Origin: Octopus bimaculoides
Lineage: Eukaryota
NCBI RefSeq assembly: GCF_001194135.2
Contig: NC_068983.1
Location: forward strand, 80,245,917-80,309,916
Length of the DNA stretch: 64,000 nucleotides
Reading direction: 5' to 3'
Position numbers and translations under genes: made by a program. Each line of letters starts with the position of its first letter. The stretch's first letter is position 1. Under the pieces are notes generated by a model. It ran no database searches. It was given only the letters and a program-made list of their open reading frames with translations, and was not told the origin of the DNA. Positions 39,526 through 51,014 of this stretch are shown one piece after another.

Positions 39526-39690
39526 CAGTGGTTCCGAACCTGTGGTCCATGGACCTCTCATGGTTCACAAAGGTAGTACTGGGGTTCTATGAACATGTTA
39601 AACTGACAGACTTTTCAACTGCCTGGGGTCTGTGGGAAAGCTCATTTAAATAAAAGGGGTCTTTGGTTGTCAAAAGGTTGGGAAGTGCTG
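39526..39690. mobile_element. hAT (Charlie-like) MITE, 165 bp
   Basis: Termini CAGTGGTTCCGAACCT and AGGTTGGGAAGTGCTG; perfect 8-bp TSD GTATATAG at 39518-39525 and 39691-39698. Confidence 0.88.
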
Positions 39691-40174
39691 GTATATAGTG
39701 TAAATATTCAAACATCACTATCTTATCAAATCTTGCTGCATTTCACAGGGAATTTTTATTCCTCCAAAGTTGTCTTGGTGTATACATTAACCTACCTTTT
39801 GCTCTGAAAATTTCAAGTTGTATTTCAGAAAATATGGTATACGTTTTCTATTTTGTACAGCAACATATGATTTTAAGGAAATTTGACTGTTATTTTAACA
39901 GGTCCAGCAATGATATAAAGATTCCCATGAAAGCTCATATACCTATTAAGTATTTAATAGGTGATGATGGATGGTAGAATCACTAGAGCGCTGAGCAATA
40001 TGTCTTTCGATGTTTGATTACATCCTTTTATGTTCTCAGTTCATGTTTTTCATTTTCAGAGGCCAGTAAAATAAACACTAGTCATATACTGGGGTCACTT
40101 TAATCAACTAATTTTACAAAATAAACTCAGTTTTGAAAATATTCCAAGTTCAATTTTATGATTTCATTATACAC

Positions 40175-40808
40175 AGGTGCAGGTATGGCTTGTATAGTTA
40201 ACAAGCTACCTTGGTTTCAAGTTCAGTCCTACTGTGTAACATCTCTGGCAAGTGTCTTCTTCTTTAACCACAAGCCTTCTGAGTGAATTTGGTCTACAGA
40301 AACTGTATGGAGGCCCATCATAAGACAGGCACAATATATACATATGCATATATGTATGTATAAATAGAGAAAAGGATAAAGAGAACAATAGCAAAGTTAG
40401 AAATATTTCTAACTTTGCCATTGTTCTCTTTATCCTTGTCTCTATTTATACATACACACGCTAATACACGACTTATCATCCCCAATCCTGTTTATACAAC
40501 GATTGGGGCATAACTAGCCGGTATACAGCACTTACTCGGTACTACCTGTATCTTTGGGCTTGATTAAATCCAATACCCTCCTCAACCTTATGCATATATG
40601 TATGGATATACAACTGTGTATGTGTGTGTTTGTGTCTGTGTTTGTTCCCCACCACACTACTTGATAATTGGTATTGATTTGTTCACATCCCCATAACTTA
40701 GTATTTTCAGCAAAAGTATGGGAATGATTTGTTTGACTAAAACCCTTTAAGGTGGTGCCCCAACACGGCCACAATCCAGTGACTGAAACAAGTATAAAAG
40801 ATAAAAAA
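40175..40808 (+). mobile_element. SINE family B with a foreign insert in its microsatellite linker
   Basis: Head at 40175-40320 and tail at about 40610-40808; the intervening sequence is absent from other copies. Confidence 0.75.
40353..40456. repeat. 104-bp spacer-less palindrome (52-bp arms, 2 mismatches)
   Basis: 40353-40404 compared directly with the reverse complement of 40405-40456. Confidence 0.93.
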
Positions 40809-40817
40809 TATCTTTAT

Positions 40818-41000
40818 TCATTACCATTCGGATTAATCTGTCAAATATAATGTTTATTTATTCACATTGTTTCAAATTAATCATACATTATCTTGTAGCT
40901 TCAAAATTTTGATGGTGTAGGTGTTTATTTTTAGAAAGACATTGTAGTGTAGGTGTGAGAAACCAGATCTGGCTGGTTTAAACATAAAAACTAGAATGAT
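40818..41000. mobile_element. Second copy of the 63303 MITE family, termini eroded
   Basis: Shares tctgtcaaat...aattaatca...ttttaga..acattgtagtgtag with 63303-63486. Confidence 0.55.
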
Positions 41001-41896
41001 TAAAACCATTTGCACCACAAGATTGGTGATAACTTAGTGGCAGAAATATGGTGCTAACATCAAGTATTACATGTAACTTTACTCTAGCTTTAAATAATAG
41101 AACTACAACAGAGTTGTGAAATCCAAATTTGTGAAACTAGATCAAATCACTATGTATATTATTTGATCATTATCAGTGCTGCTATCTCATTATGTAACAA
41201 AGTATCCCATGAAGGTGCTTATATAAATAATAAATTATACTTTAAATGTTAGCTAATCAATACATGTATATTCCAATAAAACACCATTATATTAATAGTG
41301 CTGTTGCATTAAAATTATGTTATTGACTAAATTAGCAGTTATTTTCATGAATAATTCTGTTTTATATTATAAGCTAAAAGCTATTCACAGAGACAGGAAA
41401 TTGGTTATTTTTAAATTTTTTTTAAATACATTGATACAGATTTTAAAGTTACTTGATATGAAAGCAGCCTCGATTCAATGTGTAAATTTTAGTTTGTAAA
41501 ATTATATGTGCCTTCCTCTCACCTTTATCCCATTCACATCCCACTCAACTCCACTCACCCCCTGTTAACTACCTGTAATTCACAGTGCTCACACATCTCC
41601 CTTTGTTCCCATCTCCTTACTCAAATACTCTTGCACACAACTCCCACCGCTTCCTCTCTTTTTAATTTATCTCCATAGAACCACATCCCACCTGGCCCCC
41701 ACCATTTCTTTTTCTTCTTCCCTCCTTTCCACCATCCTTCTTCTTTTCGTTTTTCTGATGAGGGACTCTAATGTCCAGAATGTTGAAAACCCTTTTCCTA
41801 TTTCTCTACAAACGTGAAACTTCAAACACCTTTGTGATAACTTGTTCCTCTTGTTGAATTTTTCTTATTTTTGCTTATTCATTATATATATATATA

Positions 41897-42339
41897 TGGC
41901 ACCTGTACCAGTGGAGCACTATGAGCACCATTCGAGCGTGATCGTTACCAGCGTCGCCTTCCTGGCACTTGTGCTGGTGACACATGAAAAGTCGTTCGAG
42001 CGAGATCGTTGCCAGTGCCATTTAACTGTGCNNNNNNNNNNCACATGAAAAGTCGTTCGAGCGAGATCGTTGCCAGTGCCATTTAACTGTGCAGGTGGCA
42101 CGTAAAATACACCATTTTGAGCGTGGCTGTTGCCAGTACTGCCTGACTGACCTTCATGCCGGTGGTACGTAAAAGCACCCACTACACTCTCAGAGTGGTT
42201 GGCGTTAGGAAGGGCATCCAGCTGTAGAAACTCTGCCAAATCAGATTGGTGCCTGGTGTTGCCATCCGGTTTCACCAGTCCTCAGTCAAATCGTCCAACC
42301 CATGCTAGCATGGAAAGCGGATGTTAAACGATGATGATG
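41897..42339 (+). mobile_element. SINE-like family C
   Basis: Ends ccatgctagcatggaaagcggatgttaaacgatgatgat. Confidence 0.85.
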
Positions 42340-42379
42340 TATTGCCTGGTGTTAATAACTTCTTTCTTTCAGACTTAAT

Positions 42380-42760
42380 TTTTAAATAACCATCATGCAC
42401 ATGTCCAGTCCACTCGGACAAAGACCTCTGCATGATCTCTCCACCAACCACTGTCTGATGTTTTCTTCACACATATTAGGGGGCCAAAACATTTAACAAA
42501 GTTTTCATTCCAATTTCTGCATAGTCTTCATCTTCTTTTTTCTGTCTACTCTGTCAATATGTTATTTCATTTATTATCCTTTCTTCTAAGCTCATGTCCG
42601 GCAAAAGACCATTTTAGAATTTTTATTTTCCAGGTAATGTGTTAAACCTGTTACCACTCTTATCCTGTTGTTTCTCCACTTATACATTTTGTTATTATTC
42701 AGCATTCTCCTTTCCATAGCTCTTCCTGTTTATCATAATTTATTTTCAATGCTCTTGTTG
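42380..42760 (-). mobile_element. RTE-clade LINE 3' remnant
   Basis: Minus-strand RAMERRML and KWSFAGHELRRKDNK match RTE QRAMER.ML and KW.WAGH..RR.D.RW. Confidence 0.7.
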
Positions 42761-42793
42761 GTAGTCCATTTTATAATCATTTAACTTAAATAA

Positions 42794-43018
<225 letters not shown>

Positions 43019-43526
43019 TAAGAGAGAGAGAGAGAGACAATAAGTAACTGTATTGTAGCTTTTGTGCAAAGTGTAATGAAATGTTTTGTCTGAGAACAAA
43101 ATTTAGGTGAATAATTTCTTTAGTGTTTAGTTTGTATGCTGAAAACTGTGCCACACTACAGAAAAATAAAAATCCATTGTGTATGTGTGTATTTTTAATA
43201 TAAATACTAACATAAGAGTGGGCTTTGATGTCCTGAAATGTAACTTAAAAGACTGCCTCATGTGATGTTATTAAGTTAAACCATGGCCAAGACCTAAGTT
43301 TATTTATATATAACTTATATCGTTCAACTTATATCCACTGAATATTTTTCAAATTCAGTGTCAAGAACAGCAAATTATAAGATGTATATTGGTGAAGGAT
43401 ATAAACATAAACAAGAAAAATGAAAAGCTATCATTTCATGAGTGAAGTTCCTCGCAATATTTGTTCTACACTGGGTTAGAGATTCACCATCAGAAATGCG
43501 TTGAATCAATGATTTGTCAATTGGAA

Positions 43527-43733
43527 AAGGTGGTGAGCTGGCAGAATTGTTAGCATGCCGGGTGAAATGCTTAGTGGTATTTCGTTTGTCTTTATGTTCT
43601 GATTTCAAATTCCAGACTTTGCCTTTTATCCTTTCGGGATCAATAAATTAAGTACCTGTTGAGTACTGGGGTTGATCTAATCAACTGGTCCCCTCCCCAC
43701 AAAATTTCAGGCCTTGTACCTATAGTAGCAAGT
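43527..43733 (+). mobile_element. SINE family A
   Basis: Near full-length match to the copy at 17126. Confidence 0.85.
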
Positions 43734-43861
43734 ATTTGTCAGTTTGAAAGCTGTAACTAACAATATTATTGTTCACAGTTTACAATATAAAATAAATTAG
43801 CTATATTTCAACTTTAAAGCCTTCTTTTTGTGAGTTGAATGTTAAGTACATCCACTATTAG

Positions 43862-44260
43862 CCTGTGGTTGTGTGGTAAGAAGCTTGCTTCCCAACAACA
43901 TGGTCTTGGGCTCAGTCCCACTATGTGGTACCTTGGGCAAGTGTCTTCTACTATAGCCTCAGACTGTTCAAAGCTTTGTGAGTGGATTTGGTAGACAAAA
44001 ACTGAAAGAAGTTTGTCATATATATATCTATGTGTGTGCCTTTGTGTCTTTACCCCCCCCCCCCAATTCCCCGCTTGACAACTGGGATTGGTGTGTTTAC
44101 GTCCCCGTAACTTAGCAGTTCGGCAAAAGAGATTGATAGAATATGTACTAGGCTTACAACGAATAAGTCCTGGGGTGTATTTCTTTGGCTAAACCCACTT
44201 AAGGTGGTGCTCCAGCATGGCCCCAACCAAATGGCTGAAACAAGTAAAAAAAATAAAAGA
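43862..44260 (+). mobile_element. SINE family B
   Basis: Full head, linker and tail. Confidence 0.85.
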
Positions 44261-44406
44261 ATATATATTATCCTCTTCATATATGTGCTATCTCAGCCAT
44301 CAAATAAAATGTTATTCTGAAAATATTATTCTATAGTTGGTTGAAATAAAATCAGTTTCATTTTGATCTATTTAAACAAATGTAAATGTAATTTGATTAC
44401 TTTTAG

Positions 44407-44498
44407 GCCCAGCAACTTGGACTATGGCTGTTGGAAAACCATCAGTTATGCTAGTATTGCTCAAGAAACTTATGGATGATGGAAATATTCTTTATAAG
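44407..44498 (+). CDS. TANC2: TANC exon 14 (SPATWTMAVGKP...LMDDGNILYK)
   Basis: Acceptor ttttAG at 44405-44406, donor GTATGT at 44499, 92 nt, phase 1-0. Ankyrin-to-TPR junction. Confidence 0.94.
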
Positions 44499-44546
44499 GT
44501 ATGTAGAAATATAACTACAAAGTGATAATTATTATTGTTTGCAAAA

Positions 44547-45101
44547 TCGTCTTGGCCGATGACAGTACCGCCTGATTGGCACCTGTGCCAGTGGCACGTA
44601 AAAAGCACCGTTCGAGTGTGGTCGATGCCAGTGACGCCTGACTGGCCCCATGCCGGTAGCACGTTAAAAGCACCATTCGAACATGATCATTAGTAGTTCC
44701 ACCTGACTGGCTCCTGTGCTGATGGCATGTAAAAGACACCATTCAAGCGTGGTTGGTGCCAGTGCTGGCTTACCAGTTCCGTTCAAGTGGCACGTAAAAA
44801 GCACCATTCGAGCATGGTCGTTGCCAGTGCTGCCTGACTGGCTCCCATGCCAGTGGCATGTAAAAAGCACCATTCAAGTGTGGTCGATGCCAGTACCGTC
44901 TGACTGGCACTCATGCCGTTGGCATGTAAAAAGCACCCACTACATCTCAGAGTGGTTGGCGTTAGGAAGGGCACCCAGCTGTAGAAACTTTGCCAAATCA
45001 GATCGGAGCCTCATACAGCCTTCTGGATTGCCAGCCCTCAAACCGTCCAACCCATGCCAGCATGGAAAGCAGACGTTAAACAATGACAACGTTGATGATG
45101 A
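44547..45101 (+). mobile_element. SINE-like family C with about 5.5 tandem 66-bp units
   Basis: GGCAYGTAAAAAGCACC unit starts at about 44593, 44659, 44724, 44789, 44855 and 44921. Confidence 0.85.
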
Positions 45102-45488
45102 TAAAATAAGAGAATTGACTTTCAAATTTTTTAATTTAGAAAACTCAACAACTCTTTTAGCAGCTGTCCAGAAAATGTATCTAAAAACACAATGCAATTC
45201 ACAGATTCAATACTTCATCCATACTGTTGGAGATTACTATTCTTAATCTGATATGTTGTGTTTTATTGTATGGGGCACATTGCAATATTCTGAGCATAAT
45301 CTTTGTAGAATTGTTAAGAATCTATCACTGAAATTACCATGTATTTTAAAAATTGATTTAAATGATTTTTAGCTATAATAGCAATAAATCAAATGATATA
45401 ATGCAAGGATAAAGTAATGTAAATTTATTCATAGTGAAAGATGATGTCAGTGCTAAAAAAATATATATTTTATTTATTTTCTTTCTAG

Positions 45489-45707
<219 letters not shown>

Positions 45708-46054
45708 TAGACAGGTTTTCATTCAAAATGCTTTTTTTTTTATAGGCCTCATCTTTGATTAACACCATCTGTATGCATATTCAGTAAATACTTCACATAC
45801 TGAAAATGGAATCAAACTCTATTCAAAGTAGTTAAAACATACTGGCTATGCAATTTGGTTGTTAAAAAAGGCTTGATGATGTCTGAACAAACTACAAAAA
45901 TATTTGTTATCATTAGCATAGCACAGAAGTTTCAGTAATACCTACAATTTGCCCTGCTATTGAGGACGTTGAGTGGAATACCTACTCAACTTCATGTCTA
46001 CAGCAGAATACAAATTTGTAAGTTAAGGATCCAGTACAGTACTCACCCGCTACA

Positions 46055-46300
46055 GCCCTTACGTGCTGGCTTCCTACGAGGTTTAGATGAGGTCCACAAT
46101 GAAATACTTTTCCCACATCTGCAATAGTGCTGCTGCTGTACACACTGACATCCTTGATTGCATCTAGAGAAGGACCACTCAACTGTTTGGCATTCTCTCA
46201 CTAATGGACGCACTCCAGCCTCTGGCCTACAGACAAGATTTCTCTTCTGTCTACTATATTGACCTTTGCTCTTTGGATCTGGCTGGTCTAAAACCTCCAT
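46055..46300 (+). mobile_element. Highly decayed LINE RT N-terminal remnant
   Basis: GLDEVHNEILFPHL (cf. GPD.IHNEMLKHL) followed after frameshifts by YR..ISLLST (cf. YRPISLLS). Confidence 0.4.
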
Positions 46301-46950
46301 CATTTCTACATTCACATTCAATTTGTCTCTGGACACCTTTGCTGTATCTAACTACCCTTTAACTCTTACATTATGCCCAGTCCTTCATCACTCTGAAATA
46401 TCCTCCTCATTCATGTCTTTCCCACAGTGTTGACCTGCATCAATTTAAATAGAATGTTAACATCAGTCTCACCAGTCTTGGAGGGCCTGTAAGAGTCATG
46501 GGTTCTGCTCCTCCACGAAACTCAACAAAAAATTACATTCACACAAATATATTTACATGTGCCCCTCTCTCTCTCTCTCTAAGCTATAAACTTGTTTACC
46601 TTCCTAGATAAACATTNNNNNNNNNNNNNNNTGATGAGATTAGTTTCAAAGCTATAGTTCTGCAATTTCTAAATTAATTTTATGGAAACTGAATAATGAA
46701 AATATTTAGTGAATAAATTAAGAGTTACTCCTCTATAAAAGGTGGTCTGTGACATCAAAATCAATGTAAACAAATTTGTAAATGCTTTCTTTTTCCACTT
46801 TTGACAGCAAAAAGAAAAGAAAAAACTATAAACTATATACCAGGAACACATTTTATGGTGAAAGTGTTTGTTTCACATATTTATATAGAAAATATAAAGG
46901 ATGCTACATTAAAATGACCATAATTTATTCTCATGTTCCTCTGTTTCTAG

Positions 46951-47051
46951 GATTATATTGCTGCAATTGAACTTGCCACTAAGGTTCTTGAAATTCGTCC
47001 GAAATCGTTTGAAGGCTATTATGCTCGTGCCCGGGCCCGCAGAGATAACAA
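46951..47051 (+). CDS. TANC2: TANC exon 16, TPR (AIELATKVLEIRPKSFEGYYARARARRD)
   Basis: Acceptor ttctAG at 46949-46950, donor GTAAGG at 47052, 101 nt, phase 0-2. Confidence 0.94.
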
Positions 47052-47479
47052 GTAAGGGTTTCATAATAACTTCTTTTTTCTTTTGAACAGCTTCACAAAA
47101 CCTTTTTTAATTTGATTAAATTTCAGTTCATTTGTGAAAAGTGGTATATGCTGCATATATTCATGCATAAATTGTCAGAGGTATAGTGACTATATGCTGG
47201 TGGTGAGGTTGCTACAGGCTGTTGGTACATGACTGTCTTGTTAGATGATGAGCAAGTCTTACTCCTGTTTGACTCTTCAGTGGGTAGTAGTTGGAAGAAT
47301 AGCACTGTCATAATCAGTGTTCTGACATCAGTTCATCTATACTGCTATGTCCTGCTTAGTTTTGCAATATAATATATATCTTTAATCTTGTGTTATCCTC
47401 AATGTGGGGTCCAATGTCACATCTTCCTTGCTTCCTTTGAATCTACTTCTACACTCTTACACTTTTTTCACTAAATATA

Positions 47480-47730
47480 CCAAAGCCTTGTGAGTGGATT
47501 TGGTAGGCAGAAACTGAAAGAAACTCATCATGTGTGTGTGTGTGTTGATATCTTCTTGTTTTGACATCACATGATGGTTGTAGACAGGTGTCACTATCAC
47601 ACTACATGTATAGCTATTGGGAAATATTGCCTTATTTGGAAACAAGTGAGGGTTGGCAATAGGATGGGCATCCAGCCATAGAACATCTGCCTCAACAAAT
47701 TCTGTCCTACTCAAGCATGGAAAAATGATT
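47480..47730 (+). mobile_element. Composite SINE D, 5'-truncated
   Basis: ccaaagccttgtgagtggatttgg, (TG)n, then gggttggcaataggatgggcatccagcc. Confidence 0.68.
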
Positions 47731-47968
47731 AAAATGATTCTCTACATTTTATGGCCATACCTATGTAGCTACAGCTGATATCAAATTCCAAAATGTTTAT
47801 ACTCAAACTCAGCATATAAATTGACAGTGAACTTGTAACAAACAATTCTTAACTACTGAAAGTGTTGTAGTTGTTTATATTTTACTACATTGCATTCTAT
47901 ATGCCTTTTCCAAAGCCACAGGAACTTTGTTAGAAACTGAAGCAACAACACCTTGAACTTCCTTGACC

Positions 47969-48122
47969 CAGAGCCGTCTTAGCAGCATTTTAAGCCCCTG
48001 GACAAATCACTGTACTGGTCTTTATAGCATAGATTTCTTGACAGCAAGGCAAAGTACATACATTGATGACAACTGGGCTCCTGGACAATTGCCAAGTGTT
48101 TTCATATCTTAAGACAGCATTG
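47969..48122. mobile_element. Probable hAT MITE
   Basis: Termini CAGAGCCGTCTTA and TAAGACAGCATTG; flanking 8-mers match at 5 of 8 positions. Confidence 0.6.
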
Positions 48123-49130
48123 CTTCCACCCCATTCATACCCTCATTAATTAATATGTATTCATTAGTTGCATCCACTAATTGCTGCCTAGGTGAAACAA
48201 TCAATACAGTTGTTCTTTTTCTTTAATTTCCATCTTATCCACCCTAACATGGCTTTGCACTAACTTTTCTATAAGTCTTTCTAACACTAGAAGTATATAA
48301 ACTCAAGTTGGTACTTTCTGCATCTTAATGACTGTCCCAAAAAGCTTCCCTTGCCATGATAACCTTTATTATGGTAGTAACTATACTAACACTTATCTCA
48401 GCAGCTGGTTCCTCTGGAAACAGGCTTTCTAGTCCCATTCAGCAATCCCTTATACACATAGTATCATAGAAATACTTTTTTCTTTATCAAAATGCATAAC
48501 TCCTTAATTTGTATTAACACACTTTACATTTAAAATACTTCATCTATTCATTATAGTCAAGCAAAACAGGTTCTTGGTATTGTCTCCATCTATCACTGTT
48601 TATAATCAAACCAAGGCTGTTGGTTATCTCTTATGTATATGACTCTACTCCATCAGTGGAATAGAATTTTCAACTACCTGAAAGTCATGAGTACTACAAA
48701 TTATTTCTTAATTCATCACTGAATTTCTTTTTTTTTTTTTTTTCAATAGGAACAAAATTCAATAACAGATAAACTTAGTCATCTACAGTCTTACATCGTA
48801 TTCAAATATGAAAACTAGCTAAAGAATGTATAATGTGAAGGTTACATATATGAATTTTAATTAGAATTTCAGGAGACTAACATTTGATAACAGACACCAT
48901 TATTAAGAGAAATTAATTAATCTGTATTTATGAATAGTCAAAAATATCAATGCCACTTTGATTTACATTGTATTCAAGTGAATTTTCAAAGATTAAATAT
49001 AGAAAAGTATTTCATCAGTTTGATATGCTAAAATCAATATCTTTCAAACTTAACTTGGATTGATATGCTTTAATTTTCATTTAAATAGATGTCTACTTAT
49101 TCCACCTCTCACTTTTACATTAAACATTTA

Positions 49131-49290
49131 TAGACATGGCTCTGTGGGCTAAGAATTTCACTTTCCAATTATGATTTAGTGTTCAGTTCCACTGTGCAAC
49201 GCCTTAGGCAAATGCTTTCTACAATAGCCCTATCTGAGTAAAGCATTGTGAGTAAATTTGGCTGATGGAAACCAAAAGAGCCTGTCATAT
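49131..49290 (+). mobile_element. SINE family B head
   Basis: tggctctgtgggctaag...gttcagttccactg...gagtaaatttgg. Confidence 0.7.
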
Positions 49291-49664
49291 ATATATATAT
49301 ATGTATGCATGTGTATGCTGTCTGAGCATGCTTGATGAGATGGTAATGTGTGTGTGTGTGTGTGTGTATTTGCAGATGTATATATAACAATTGATGAAGG
49401 AAACAGAAGACAGATTTAGCACCAGTCTTTATTCAGTACAACAATCATTTCGTCCCATCCTGTAACTCCATTATGGGTAGGATTCTGTGCATTTACTTGT
49501 GCTGCATCAATCTGTGCAGTTGGTGTCACATCAGGCACATGCATAAAGAAGGGGATGTTCCGCTAGATATACTGAGATGCCTAATGCATGTTGTTGTTTG
49601 TGCCTGGTGTATTTTGGTTATGGCCGTCTACAGTTGTCCATGAGAAGAAAACATATAATTAAAA

Positions 49665-49671
49665 TCATATA

Positions 49672-49750
<79 letters not shown>
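49665..49750. repeat. Long (TA)n microsatellite, one of many TA/CA/ATT arrays in the window
   Basis: Directly visible. Others lie at 4046-4075, 11782-11830, 12841-12912, 27888-27938 and 63905-64000. Confidence 0.95.
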
Positions 49751-49755
<5 letters not shown>

Positions 49756-50105
49756 GGCAGGTTGTGTGATTGAGAAGATTGTTTCCCGAACATGTGGTCA
49801 TGACTTCAGTCCCACAGCATGGTATCTTGGGCAAATGTCTTCTACTATAAGCCTTGGGGAGATCAAAACCTTGTAAGGGGGTTTGCTTGTGGGAGCGGAA
49901 AGAAGCCTGATGTGTGTGTGTCAGTGTTTGTCTTAACTATTGTTGAATTTGTTTACATTCTCATGACTTAGTAGTTCTGCAAAAGAGGCTGATAGAATGA
50001 GTAACAGGCTTAAAAAATAAGTACTGCAGCCAATTTAACTATACCCTTCGAGATGATGCTCCATCATTGCTGCAGTCCAATGAATGAAACAAGTAAAAGA
50101 TAAAA
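49756..50105 (+). mobile_element. SINE family B, diverged
   Basis: Head, linker and gaaacaagtaaaagataaaa tail. Confidence 0.75.
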
Positions 50106-50274
50106 CATATATATTTGCATTTGCACTTTTACCATGTCAGCCAATCATCCGGCTTTGCACTTTTTGAAGACATAAAAAATCAGGTAAGCTTAGTGACAGA
50201 AATGGCATCCAACTGTAAAAGAGTGCCTCCATAATATATTCAATTAACCCATGCTACAGATAAAGGATAAAGTT

Positions 50275-50499
50275 CCTTCCCAAGTCATATAGACTCATAG
50301 AGCCAGATTTTGTGGTATATATATTCCCTGCTGGATAGGATGCTGATCCGTCACAAGATTACTCATTTTTGCCAGCTGAATGGACTGGAGCGACATGAAA
50401 ATGAGATGTTTTGCTCAAGAACACAATGCATTGCCCAGTCCAGGAATTGAAACCACAATCTTCCAATCAAGAGTCCAACACCCTAACCACTAAGCCATG
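50275..50499 (-). mobile_element. tRNA-derived SINE of a further family
   Basis: Minus-strand A-box TGGCTTAGTGG and B-box-like GGTTTCAATTCC, followed by tgtgttcttgagcaaaac...tgtgacggatcagcatcctatccag. No tRNA cloverleaf. Confidence 0.75.
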
Positions 50500-50704
50500 T
50501 TCTTCTACCTGCATGGAAAAAACAAAAAATTCATCTAAAAATGAATGAATGAATGAATGAATAAGTTCCATGTTTGATATATGGAGTTAATCACTTAACT
50601 TTATGGATATTTAACAATGTCAACTACTAGTTTTAATTAAAATAATTAACCCTGAAAATATTTCATGCATATATTTAAAAATTTTAATTTTATTTGATTT
50701 TCAG

Positions 50705-51014
50705 ACAATATGATAGTGCTCTAGAGGACCTAAAACAAGCAGTGTTTTTAGTCCCTAACAATGCAGAACTTCAACGTTTATTGTTAAGGTTACGCAGTGA
50801 ATGTCTGGAGCAAGCTAACATCTTGAAAGAAACACCAAGTGAAAGCACAGATGTACAATCTATCACTGTACTACCTGTTGAAACCAATAACACTTCTGCT
50901 GCCGCCATTACAGAACCTGCCCCTGCTGTTACCATTATACATCCTGAAACTGAAGACGGAGAAGTTTGTTCAAGTTCATCTGTTGTTACCTATAGGGAAG
51001 AAACAGCCCTCTGA
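50705..51014 (+). CDS. TANC2: TANC last coding exon, third TPR plus acidic tail ending YREETAL*
   Basis: Acceptor ttcAG at 50703-50704, entry phase 2, TGA at 51012-51014. Confidence 0.92.

Noticed and set aside
41510-41760. Pyrimidine-rich tract as triplex or H-DNA (similar at 58960-59260)
   Set aside because: No mirror symmetry seen; likely low-complexity or decayed repeat sequence.
41985-42095. Exact tandem duplications across 10-N gaps (also 14690-14762 and 60657-60830)
   Set aside because: Identical sequence on both sides of a short gap indicates unmerged contig overlap, not biology.
44593-44940. CRISPR-like array of a constant block with variable intervening sequence
   Set aside because: The apparent spacers are homologous to each other, there are no cas genes, the context is a eukaryotic intron, and the array is part of a dispersed repeat family.
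50440-50499. tRNA genes (A/B-box matches here and at 19179, 43862, 61487)
   Set aside because: No cloverleaf or acceptor stem; each continues into a SINE body.
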